In this document: positions 1 through 9,719 of the stretch, piece after piece
Numbering within the stretch: the stretch's first letter is position 1
How the letters are laid out: each line of letters starts with the position of its first letter
Assembly: GCA_963843845.1 (NCBI GenBank)
Contig: CAWJMB010000004.1
Span: forward strand, 1 to 53,505
Reading direction: 5' to 3'
From: an uncultured Gemmatimonadaceae bacterium
Lineage (GTDB): Bacteria > Gemmatimonadota > Gemmatimonadetes > Gemmatimonadales > Gemmatimonadaceae
DNA length: 53,505 nt
The notes under the pieces: generated by a model
What the model saw: the letters and a program-made list of their open reading frames with translations, nothing else
Databases searched by the model: none
What the model was told of the DNA's origin: nothing
Program-made: the position numbers and the translations under genes

Positions 1-32
1 ATCGCCTCGCGCGTCACTCACCTGCCATTCCG

Positions 33-2276
33 TTGCCGCGGCCGTCGGCTCGGAGGCGTGCGGCACCGCGCGCCGACCGGCGGCCACATCCCCATCGTGT
101 CGTGCATTCGCCGTACCCTTCCCGACCGATCGACGAGCTCCTGAGCGAGATCAGCGGCGCGCTGCTGCGCGGCGCGACGGCCGAGGCGCGCGAGCTCGCG
201 CAGGCCGCGTCGGATCGGCTGCGCGACGCCGAGGAGCCGGGCGCGGTCGCCGGTCAGCTGGCACGGCTCGAGGCGCGAGCGGCGCTGCTCGACGGCGACG
301 CCGACGCGGCGCTCGACGCGCTCACGGCGGCGCACGCCATCGCGGAATGCACGGGCGACGCGGCCGGCGCCGCGCACGCGCTGAACAACACGGCCGTCGT
401 GCACTACCAGCGCGGCGACCTCGACGCGGCGGAGCGGCTCTACGGCGCCGCCCGCACGCGAGCCCGCGCCGCCGGCGAGCTGGGCATCGTCGCGAACGCC
501 ACGCTCAATCTGGGCATCGTGGCGAACGTCCGGGGCGACATGCGCAGCGCGCGCGCCCACTACCGTCGCGCGCTCGTCGACTTCCGCACGCTGGGCCACG
601 CCACGCACGTCGTGCGCACGCTCAACAACCTGGGATCGCTCTTCGCCGACCTCGGCCAGTGGGACCGCGCCGAGCGCTCGTTCGTCGACGCGCTGCGCGT
701 CTGCGCCGAGGCAGGCGACGTCGAGGCCGCGGCGCGGCTGCACGGCAATCTCGCGGAAGTGTGGGTGGCGCAGGGCGACCTCGGCCGCGCACGCGCCGCC
801 TGCGCGGAGGGGATCGCGACCTGCGACCGTGCGGCGCTCGGCACCGCGCGCGGCGAACTCCATCGCATGGCCGGTGTCGTCGCGCGCGAGGAGGGTCGCC
901 TCGACGACGCCGAAGCCCACCTGTCGACCGCCGAGCGCACGGCGAGCGAGCGGGAGGATCTGCTCCTGCTCGCGGACACGGCGCGCGAGCAGGCGGACCT
1001 CTACCGGCGGCAGGGGCGCAACCGGGACACGCTGCAGTCGCTGAACCGCGCCCACCGCTCCTTCTCGCGCCTGCGCGCGCGTCGCGATCTCGCCGACATC
1101 GGCCAGCGCATGGGGCGGCTCGAGGACGAGTTCCTGACGGTCGCGCGCCGCTGGGGCGAGTCGATCGAAGCGAAAGACCGCTACACCCAGGGCCACTGCC
1201 AGCGTGTCGCCGATCTCGCGTGCCTCGTCGCCGAGCGGGCGGGCGTGCCGCACGGCTTCGACGCCCAGGCGCTGTTCTGGTTCCGCATCGGCGCGCTGCT
1301 GCACGACGTCGGAAAGCTCGACGTCCCCGAGGAGGTCCTGAACAAGCCCGGGAAGCTGACCGACGACGAGTGGGCGCTGATGCGCGGCCACGCCGAGGCG
1401 GGCGTCATGCTCCTCGCCGACATCGAGTTTCCGTGGGACATCCGGCCGATCGTGCTCTCGCACCACGAGCGGTGGGACGGCCGCGGCTACCCGCACGCCC
1501 TCGCCGGCGAGGCGATCCCGCTCTCGGCGCGCATCCTCTGCGTGGCGGACGTGTACGACGCGCTGACGTCGGTGCGCAGCTACAAGCGCGCGATGCCGCA
1601 CGAGGACGCCATCGCGATCCTCCGCAAGGACGCCGGCACGGCGTTCGATCCGCAGGTCGTCGCGTGGTTCGAGGCGGTGGCGCCGGAGTGGCGTACGCGC
1701 GCCGACGCGGTCCCGACCGCCGACGAGGCGCCGCACGTCGCGCCGCACGTGGCGTCACAGCGTCGCGCGCTCGGCCTCGACGAGCGGACGGGGCTTCCCG
1801 GGCGGCAGGCGTTCCTGACCGAGTGCGCTCGCGTGCTCGCGGCGCGCGCGCAGGACGGCCGACCGACCTCGCTCCTCCTCGTGACGCTCGAGGAGCAGGC
1901 GGCGCACGGCGGCCGGCGCGGCGCGCCGGTGTCGACCGAGGCGAGCGACGCGGTCGCGGAGGCGATCTGCCGCCACACGCGCGGCGGCGACATGGTCGCC
2001 CGCTACTCCGTGACCGAGTTCGTCGTGCTGCTGGCGGACGTGCCCGTCGACGAGGCGCGCGGGATGCTGACGCGGGTGGCCGAGGCGGCCCGCGACGCGC
2101 TCGCGAACGTCGACGAGAACGTACGGTGCGGCGTGCACGTCGTCGCGGCCGAGGCGCCGGCCGCGTGCACCGGCCCCGAAGCGCTGCTCGCGGCCGCCGA
2201 CGCCGCACGCCGCCGGTCGCGCGACGCGGTCGCCGGCACGACGGTCCCCGGACACGTCCTCGCGGCGGTCGCCTGA
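33..2276 (+). CDS. TPR-repeat + HD-GYP phosphodiesterase + degenerate GGDEF signalling protein
   Basis: Helical TPR-like repeats (ALNNTAVVHYQRGD, TLNNLGSLFADLGQWDRA). HD-GYP motifs HDVGK, HHERWDGRGYP, VADVYDALTS. C-terminal GGDEF-like region (DERTGLPGR...RGGDMVARYSVTEF). True start may be the GTG near 102. Confidence 0.88.
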   Translation: MPRPSARRRAAPRADRRPHPHRVVHSPYPSRPIDELLSEISGALLRGATAEARELAQAASDRLRDAEEPGAVAGQLARLEARAALLDGDADAALDALTAAHAIAECTGDAAGAAHALNNTAVVHYQRGDLDAAERLYGAARTRARAAGELGIVANATLNLGIVANVRGDMRSARAHYRRALVDFRTLGHATHVVRTLNNLGSLFADLGQWDRAERSFVDALRVCAEAGDVEAAARLHGNLAEVWVAQGDLGRARAACAEGIATCDRAALGTARGELHRMAGVVAREEGRLDDAEAHLSTAERTASEREDLLLLADTAREQADLYRRQGRNRDTLQSLNRAHRSFSRLRARRDLADIGQRMGRLEDEFLTVARRWGESIEAKDRYTQGHCQRVADLACLVAERAGVPHGFDAQALFWFRIGALLHDVGKLDVPEEVLNKPGKLTDDEWALMRGHAEAGVMLLADIEFPWDIRPIVLSHHERWDGRGYPHALAGEAIPLSARILCVADVYDALTSVRSYKRAMPHEDAIAILRKDAGTAFDPQVVAWFEAVAPEWRTRADAVPTADEAPHVAPHVASQRRALGLDERTGLPGRQAFLTECARVLAARAQDGRPTSLLLVTLEEQAAHGGRRGAPVSTEASDAVAEAICRHTRGGDMVARYSVTEFVVLLADVPVDEARGMLTRVAEAARDALANVDENVRCGVHVVAAEAPAACTGPEALLAAADAARRRSRDAVAGTTVPGHVLAAVA

Positions 2277-2449
2277 GGCGGACGCCGCCTGTGGCAGCGT
2301 GAGCCAGATGAAAAGACGTCCGGGGCAGGCGGCCCCATGGCCAGGTATCGGCAGCTCGGACACAGACTTGACTGCCGACGTCGACGCCGCCTCGCGCTCT
2401 CCCTTCCGCTCCGCGACGGCGGTGGCGCCGTCGCGACCGCCGCCGCCGC

Positions 2450-3745
2450 TCAGCGGGTGACGATGTCCTTCAGCGCCGCTCTCGCCCGCGGGTCGTCCGA
2501 GCTCGCGAGCGCCGAGATCGCGCGGCGGCGAACGTTGACGTTCGTCTCGCCCGTGACGATCGCGATCAGCTTGTCGAGCGCGGCACGGTCGCCGCTGCGA
2601 CCGTAGAGCGAGACGAGCGACTCCTTGAGCGCCACGTCGCTCGTCGCGTCGTAGAGTCGCACGAGGTCGGCGACCGGGGCGCCGGCGCGCGACGCCGCCT
2701 CGAGCGCCCTGCGCCGCTGCGGCGCCGCCTCGGCGTCGTCGCGCGCGACGTTCAGCAGCCAGGCGACGTTGTCCGCGCCGCCGACCTCGGCGATCGCGGA
2801 GAACGCGGCGTCGCGGGTGCGGTCGGAGCGGAGCGTCGGGTAGATCGAGCGGAGCAGTGCGGCGTCCTGCGGCGTCGCGTACTGCTGGCCCAACGCCCGT
2901 ACGGCGACGGCGAGCGCCTCCTCGCCGAGATCGTCGCGGCGCACCGCGCTGCGCAGGTACGCGCGGGCGCGCGGATCGCCCGAGCTGGCGAGCGCCGACA
3001 TCCCCTCCTTCGACAGCCAGACGTTGCCGGTGGTGCCGGCGAGCGCGACGAGCGTCGGGATCCCGGCGCCGTGATCGAGCGTGCCCAGCGTCCGCACGGC
3101 CTGCCGCCGCACCTCGATGTTGTCGTTCTCGTCGCGCGCCACGGCGAGGATCGCGTCGACGACGCGTGGCGGGATGGCCGGCAGCCGGTCCGCGCGGCCG
3201 GCATAGCTGAGCGCGCGCGTGCGCGTGTCGCGCGGCAGCGCCGTGTTGCGCGCGATCGCGATGAGCGGCTCGACGGTCGACGCGCTGTCGGCGAGCGTCG
3301 CCGGGAAGATCGCGTCGCGCCCCACGCGCCCGTCCGACTTCGCCGCGAGGCTCAGCAGATAGTCGGCCGCCTGCTGCGCCGGGACCGCGCCGAGGTCGGT
3401 CACGCCGGGCGACGACGGCACCGGGCCGACGAACGCCTGCACGGCGATGATCTGCCGATCCGCGCGGTCGAGCAGCACGCGCACCGGTCCCGGCGCGCAC
3501 GGCTCCGTCCGCGCCGTCTCGCCGTACGTCGAGAACGAGCCGGTGAGGTTGCCGGGCGCCGTCTGGATGTACGTGCGCCCGTTGCCGCAGACGCCGGCGC
3601 GGGCCGCGAACTGGAACTGCACGTGGCCGGCGGGCGCGCCGTCGACGCGGGCCGCGAGCGGCTGCGCGCCCGACGGTGTCGCGCCGAACGGCGCCGCGGC
3701 GAGCGTCCCGACGACGGCGAGGTGCCTAACGATTGCGCGCGGCAT
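2450..3745 (-). CDS. Secreted HEAT-repeat protein
   Basis: C-terminal part of ORF 2450..5104 from the ATG at 3745 (MPRAIVRHLAVVGTLAAA..., signal-peptide-like). Repeated HEAT-like units (VRRQAVRTLG, VRRRAISALASSDDPRARAAL). Confidence 0.75.
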   Translation of the reverse strand: MPRAIVRHLAVVGTLAAAPFGATPSGAQPLAARVDGAPAGHVQFQFAARAGVCGNGRTYIQTAPGNLTGSFSTYGETARTEPCAPGPVRVLLDRADRQIIAVQAFVGPVPSSPGVTDLGAVPAQQAADYLLSLAAKSDGRVGRDAIFPATLADSASTVEPLIAIARNTALPRDTRTRALSYAGRADRLPAIPPRVVDAILAVARDENDNIEVRRQAVRTLGTLDHGAGIPTLVALAGTTGNVWLSKEGMSALASSGDPRARAYLRSAVRRDDLGEEALAVAVRALGQQYATPQDAALLRSIYPTLRSDRTRDAAFSAIAEVGGADNVAWLLNVARDDAEAAPQRRRALEAASRAGAPVADLVRLYDATSDVALKESLVSLYGRSGDRAALDKLIAIVTGETNVNVRRRAISALASSDDPRARAALKDIVTR

Positions 3746-3747
3746 GG

Positions 3748-5310
3748 TCAGGACTGGGAGGCGAGGATGTCGGCGAGCGCCTGGCGGACCTTCGGGTCGT
3801 CGCGGCGCGCGGGCTGGCCGAGCAGACGGATCGCGGCGGCGCGGACCTCGGGGTCGGTGCCGCGCTTCGCGATGTCGATGAGACGGTCGGTCGTCTCCGG
3901 CTCCTTGCGGCTGCCGAGCCCCGAGACGATCGACATGCGCACCGAGCGCGAGTCCGCCGACTCGAGCAGGCGGTACAGCTCGGCGATCGGCGCCGTCTGC
4001 TGCACGCGGGAGATGGCGTACTGCCGCACCGACGACGGCTCGCTCGTGTTGCGCGCGATGCTCAACAGGAACTGCGTCCCGGCGTCGTCGGTGCGGTTGA
4101 CGGCGCCGACGATCGCGCGGCGAAGCGTCTCGCTCTCGACCTTGCCGTAGAGCGCGCGCCAGTAGTCGAGCGACGCCGATCCGCGGCTGCCGAACGACGA
4201 GATGACCGAGCTGCGGAGCCGCTCCGACACGTCGCGCCGCTCGACGAACGAGCGGGCGAGCGCCTGCGCGCGCGGGCTGTCGGTGCCGGCGAGCCACCGC
4301 GCGGCCGACGACTGCACGCGCTCGTCGTTCGAGCCGCGCAGCACCTCGTCGATCACGGCGTACGCGGCGTCGGTATCGACGCGGCCCAACGCTTCGAGCG
4401 CCGCGGCCTGCGTCTGGTAGTCCGCGTCGTTGCGCGCGGCGCGGGCGAGTGTCGCGATCGCCGCCGCCCCGCCGGTCCGCGCGACGATCGCCAGCGCCTC
4501 GCGGCGCACCGGGGCCGAACACTCGTCGCGCGTCGCGAGGACGCGGTCGAGGATCGCGCGTGCGCCCTCGGGGTCCATCTGCGCGAGCGCGCTCAGCGCC
4601 TGGATCTTGACGTTGCGCTCCTCGCGATCGCAGACGCGCTGCCCCGTGCTCGCGAGCCGCCGCACGCGATCCGAGGCGTCCGCATCGCCGAGCCGCGCCA
4701 GCGCGCCGTCGATGCGCGCCTGCAGCTCGGGGACGTCCTCCCGGCGCGACGCGTCGCCGCACTTCGCGCCGAGCCCGTCGAGCACACGGTACGCGCTGCG
4801 CAGGTCGCCCGGCGTGCCGAGGCGGTAGCGCGCGAACGCTTCGTAGTACGCCGCGTCGCAGAAGTAGCGCGTCGCCGGATACTTCGCGCGCACGTCGGCG
4901 AAGCGGTCGGCGGCGCCACGGTATTCCTGGCGCGCGAAGAGCGCGTAGGCCGCGCGGTACGCGGAGTCGGCGACGTCGCCCTGATACCAGCGCGCCGGCA
5001 TCGTCGACGCGAGCGCCGGCGCGTACGCCTTCGACGGCCACGCCTCGGCCCCCGTGAGCGCGCCGAGCGGCGCGAGCGCCATGTGCTGGCCGGGCGGCCC
5101 CCACGCCTCGGTGAGCCCGTGCTGGCCGGCCGGCGACGGCGGGAGCGGCGGGAGCGGCGCGGACGCCGGTTCGGCCGGAGCGGCCGGCGCGGCGCGCGGC
5201 GGGGTGCGCGGCGCCGCGGGCGTGATCTGCGCGAGCAGCGGCGTCGCGGCCGCGAGGAGGAGGAGGGCGCGAGTGAGCATGGCGGATCGGGGGAACGTCG
5301 CGTGAGGCAT
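3748..5310 (-). CDS. Secreted TPR (BamD/YfiO-like) + HEAT-repeat protein
   Basis: Signal peptide (MLTRALLLLAAATPLLAQ; start may be 5280), Pro-rich linker, TPR-like pair (YRAAYALFARQEYRGAADRF...AAYYEAFARYRLG), then HEAT repeats (VRREALAIV, VRAAAIRLLG). Confidence 0.75.
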   Translation of the reverse strand: MPHATFPRSAMLTRALLLLAAATPLLAQITPAAPRTPPRAAPAAPAEPASAPLPPLPPSPAGQHGLTEAWGPPGQHMALAPLGALTGAEAWPSKAYAPALASTMPARWYQGDVADSAYRAAYALFARQEYRGAADRFADVRAKYPATRYFCDAAYYEAFARYRLGTPGDLRSAYRVLDGLGAKCGDASRREDVPELQARIDGALARLGDADASDRVRRLASTGQRVCDREERNVKIQALSALAQMDPEGARAILDRVLATRDECSAPVRREALAIVARTGGAAAIATLARAARNDADYQTQAAALEALGRVDTDAAYAVIDEVLRGSNDERVQSSAARWLAGTDSPRAQALARSFVERRDVSERLRSSVISSFGSRGSASLDYWRALYGKVESETLRRAIVGAVNRTDDAGTQFLLSIARNTSEPSSVRQYAISRVQQTAPIAELYRLLESADSRSVRMSIVSGLGSRKEPETTDRLIDIAKRGTDPEVRAAAIRLLGQPARRDDPKVRQALADILASQS

Positions 5311-5317
5311 GAGCGCG

Positions 5318-6124
5318 TCAGTCGTCGGCGGACGCGGCGGAGACGGCGAGCGTCGCGGGGTTGTCGGCGACGGCGTCGCGCAGTCGGGGGAGCACGTCGC
5401 GCTGCTCGAGCGCCTGGTGAAGGAAGTCGACGTCGGTCGAGTCCTGCCGGCCGCGGAGGCGCACGATCTGCGCGAGCACGAGCTCGAGGTCGTCGAACAG
5501 CGCGCGCAGCGCCGGGTCGGCCGACGCCGGCGAGTCGAGCAGGAGGCGCGTTTCGAGGAGGAGCGCGTCGGCGCGGGTGAGATACGCCGGGTCGGCGCCC
5601 GGCGCGCGGAGCTCGCTCGGCAGCGCGGCGAGCAGCGCCTGGGTGCGGCCGAGGTACTCGCCGGTCGCCACCTGCTCGGCGGAGCGCATGGTCGAGTCGG
5701 CGGCGGCGAACGGCGCGACGGCGACGGTGACGGCGGCCGCGACGGCGGCCGGCGCGGCGCCGTTCGACGGCGGACGCGTCGAGACGCGTCCGATCGCGAC
5801 GCCGATCAGCAGCACGGCGGCGGTGCGGAGCCAGGGGTTCGTGGCCCGCGGGCTCTGCCACCACCGCCGCGCCCCGTGCCCCGGAACGACGTCGCGAACG
5901 ATGCGGAGCTGTCGTGCAGTGAGGTCGACCGTCTGCGCGGCGCGCCCCTCCGCAGCGAGCGACCGTTCGATCGCGCTCCACATCGCCTCGGTCTGCGGCA
6001 GCGTGTCGGGAGCGTTGTAGCTGCGGCGCGCGTCGCGGAGCAGCGCGTCGAGCGTCGAGTCCAGCGCCGCATCGAGTGGATCGGGCTCGTGCCCGTCGTG
6101 CGGAGCGTCGTGGGGCGTGGTCAT
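5318..6124 (-). CDS. Putative membrane-anchored anti-sigma factor
   Basis: Starts at ATG 6124, overlapping the sigma stop (ATGA). Single TM segment (WLRTAAVLLIGVAIGR) and helical C-terminal domain. Function inferred from position. Confidence 0.6.
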   Translation of the reverse strand: MTTPHDAPHDGHEPDPLDAALDSTLDALLRDARRSYNAPDTLPQTEAMWSAIERSLAAEGRAAQTVDLTARQLRIVRDVVPGHGARRWWQSPRATNPWLRTAAVLLIGVAIGRVSTRPPSNGAAPAAVAAAVTVAVAPFAAADSTMRSAEQVATGEYLGRTQALLAALPSELRAPGADPAYLTRADALLLETRLLLDSPASADPALRALFDDLELVLAQIVRLRGRQDSTDVDFLHQALEQRDVLPRLRDAVADNPATLAVSAASADD

Positions 6125-6729
6125 GAGCGAATGTCTCCTTCGAGGTCGCGCAGCGCGTCGCGCAGCTGGGCGCGGGCGACCGACAGCCGGCTCTTGCAGG
6201 TGCCGACGGCGATGCCCAACGCGTCGGCGATCTCGACGTGTGTGTAGCCTTCGAGCTCGTGCATGACGAGCGTGGTTCGGTAGATCTCCGGCAGGGCGTC
6301 GATCGCCCGGTGCAGCCGGTCGCGCAGCATCGGGTCGACCCGACTCGGCGCGTCGTCGGCGACGAAGGCGTGGGCGTGCGCGCCGGTCAGGCTCGCCTCG
6401 TCGATCGACGTCTCGCGGCCGCGGATCCGCTTGACGCGGCGCACCGTGTTCAGCGCGACCGTGACGGTGATGCGGTGCAGCCACGTCGTGAACGCCGCCT
6501 CGCCGCGGAAGGTGTCGAGGCGCGACATCGCCTTCACGAACGTGTCCTGCGTGACTTCGTGCGCGAGCTGCCCGTCGCCCGTCAGGCGATGCGCGAGGCG
6601 ATAGACTCGGCCGACGTGCGCGTCGTACAGCGCGCGGGCGGCGAGCCGGTCGCCGGTGACCACCCGAGCGATGAGGTCGGGGTCGGTCACGCGGTCGGGG
6701 GTGAGGAGGGCGAGGGCGGGTCGGGTCAC
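6121..6729 (-). CDS. ECF-type RNA polymerase sigma-70 factor
   Basis: Region 2 (VYRLAHRLTGD...EVTQDTFVKA...FTTWLHRI) and region 4 (LPEIYRTTLVMHELEGYTHVEIADALGIAVGTCKSRLSVAR). Confidence 0.95.
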   Translation of the reverse strand: MTRPALALLTPDRVTDPDLIARVVTGDRLAARALYDAHVGRVYRLAHRLTGDGQLAHEVTQDTFVKAMSRLDTFRGEAAFTTWLHRITVTVALNTVRRVKRIRGRETSIDEASLTGAHAHAFVADDAPSRVDPMLRDRLHRAIDALPEIYRTTLVMHELEGYTHVEIADALGIAVGTCKSRLSVARAQLRDALRDLEGDIRS

Positions 6730-6774
6730 GTTGCGGGGTTAGACGCCGGGTCGGACGATACGGTTGGGTCGCGC

Positions 6775-6854
6775 GTCGGGGATCGGGGATCGGGCCTCTC
6801 GACAGACGCGTGCAGACCGTCGATTCTCCCCGTTCCCGATCCCCGACCCCCGAC
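6775..6854. repeat. Intergenic inverted array of ~7-bp units (GGGATCG / CGATCCC)
   Basis: GTCGGGGATCGGGGATCGGG (6775-6794) is inverted against CCCGTTCCCGATCCCCGACCCCCGAC (about 6829-6854). Confidence 0.7.
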
Positions 6855-6863
6855 CGTTCTTCC

Positions 6864-8105
<1,242 letters not shown>

Positions 8106-8109
8106 GCCG

Positions 8110-9351
8110 ATGAGACGCCTCGCCGTCGGCGAGAACGTCGCCGTCGCGATCGCCGCGCTCCGGCAGTCGAAGGGGCGCAGCGCGCTCACGATCCTCGGCG
8201 TCGTCATCGGGGTGTCGACGGTGATGGCGATGGCGTCGATCGTGAGCGGGGTGCAGCGGCAGATCGTCAACACGATCGAGATCGCCGGCCCGACGACGTT
8301 CTACGTGATGAAGGTGTTCTCGACGACGCCGCTCAACCCGGAGAACCTGCCGGTGTGGGTGCGCATCCGCCCCGACCTCGCCGTGCGCGAGGCGGACCGC
8401 ATCGCGGCGCTCCCCGAGATCCGGTACGCGGGGCTGTGGGCGCAGATCGTGAACCGCGTCGAGTACGCCGGCGAGCGCACGAACGTCGGCACGATCTTCG
8501 GCGCCGACGAGCGCTACTCGGAGATCAACGGCGGGGAGCTCGTGCGCGGGCGCTGGTTCACGCGCACCGAAGTCCGCGTCGGCGAGTCGGTCGTCGTGCT
8601 CGACGCGGACGCGGCGACCAAGCTGTTCGGCGCCGTCGAACCGCTCGACAAGTCGGTGCGCGTCGGCGGACGTCCGGCGCGCGTCGTCGGCATCTACCAG
8701 CCGGCGCAGAACATCTTCCAGCCGCCGGGGCAGAAGGTGCACGCGATCGTGCCGTACCGCATGCTCGACCGCCAACTCGCGATCGACAAGACCAACAGTC
8801 TGTTCATCCCCGTGAAGCCGCGCCCCGGCGTGACGGTGAGCGACGCGCAGAGCGCGGTGACGGTCGCGATGCGCGAGCTGCGCGGCCTCCGCCCCGGCGA
8901 CGGCGACACGTTCGACTACATCACGCAGGAGCAGATCCTCGACACGTTCGGGAAGATCACGGGGATCTTCTTCCTCGTGATGCTCGTGCTGTCGAGCGTC
9001 GCGCTGATGGTCGGCGGCATCGGCGTGATGGCGGTGATGATGATCTCGGTCACCGACCGCACGCGCGAGATCGGCATCCGGAAGGCGTGCGGCGCGACTC
9101 GGCGCGACATCATGCTGCAATTCCTGATGGAGGCGGCGACGCTCACCGGGATCGGCGGGGCGTGCGGGATCGTCGTCGGGCTGCTCGTCGGCGTCGTCGC
9201 GAACAGGGCGATGAGCATCCAGTCGACGCCGCCGGTCGGCCTCACGCTGCTCGCGGTCGCCGTCTCGGTCGGGATCGGGCTCGTCTTCGGGCTGCTCCCG
9301 GCGCGGCGCGCGGCGCGGTTGGATCCCATCGAGGCGCTACGTTACGAGTGA
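8110..9351 (+). CDS. MacB/FtsX-family ABC transporter permease
   Basis: RSALTILGVVIGV, VGGIGVMAVMMISVTDRTREIGIRKACGA, PARRAARLDPIEALRYE. Confidence 0.93.
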   Translation: MRRLAVGENVAVAIAALRQSKGRSALTILGVVIGVSTVMAMASIVSGVQRQIVNTIEIAGPTTFYVMKVFSTTPLNPENLPVWVRIRPDLAVREADRIAALPEIRYAGLWAQIVNRVEYAGERTNVGTIFGADERYSEINGGELVRGRWFTRTEVRVGESVVVLDADAATKLFGAVEPLDKSVRVGGRPARVVGIYQPAQNIFQPPGQKVHAIVPYRMLDRQLAIDKTNSLFIPVKPRPGVTVSDAQSAVTVAMRELRGLRPGDGDTFDYITQEQILDTFGKITGIFFLVMLVLSSVALMVGGIGVMAVMMISVTDRTREIGIRKACGATRRDIMLQFLMEAATLTGIGGACGIVVGLLVGVVANRAMSIQSTPPVGLTLLAVAVSVGIGLVFGLLPARRAARLDPIEALRYE

Positions 9352-9382
9352 CCCGTCACCCCGTCTCACGGAGCACACCGTC

Positions 9383-9667
9383 ATGGGAGCCACCGCTGCC
9401 ATGATCGCGGCGCAGGCCGCGATCACCGCGCAGGCCACGAAAGCCTCGGGCGCGATCGTCGACATCGAGCCGAGCGAGTTCGCGCGCATCCTCGGGCAGG
9501 TGCGGGAGCCGCTCGTGATCGTCGCGCAGGGCGGCGTGTTCACGAAGCACTACCGGTACCTGATCAGCTACAAGGGGTTCGTGTTCCACACGAAGACCGA
9601 GGAGCTGCTGGTGCTGCCGGCCGGGTGCGACATCGTGCAGGCGAAGGACGTCTGGATCCCGGACTGA
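9383..9667 (+). CDS. Small hypothetical protein
   Basis: 94-aa ORF with host-like codon usage and a GGAG RBS upstream. No motif recognised. Confidence 0.7.
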   Translation: MGATAAMIAAQAAITAQATKASGAIVDIEPSEFARILGQVREPLVIVAQGGVFTKHYRYLISYKGFVFHTKTEELLVLPAGCDIVQAKDVWIPD

Positions 9668-9719
9668 GCGACGGCGACGGCGCGAGCGGGGTACGGGGTC
9701 GCGGCACAGATTGCACCGC

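Noticed and set aside
2277..2449. Intergenic region as an ncRNA or riboswitch
   Set aside because: It lies between convergent 3' ends with only a short CGGCAG/CTGCCG stem and no recognisable family motif.
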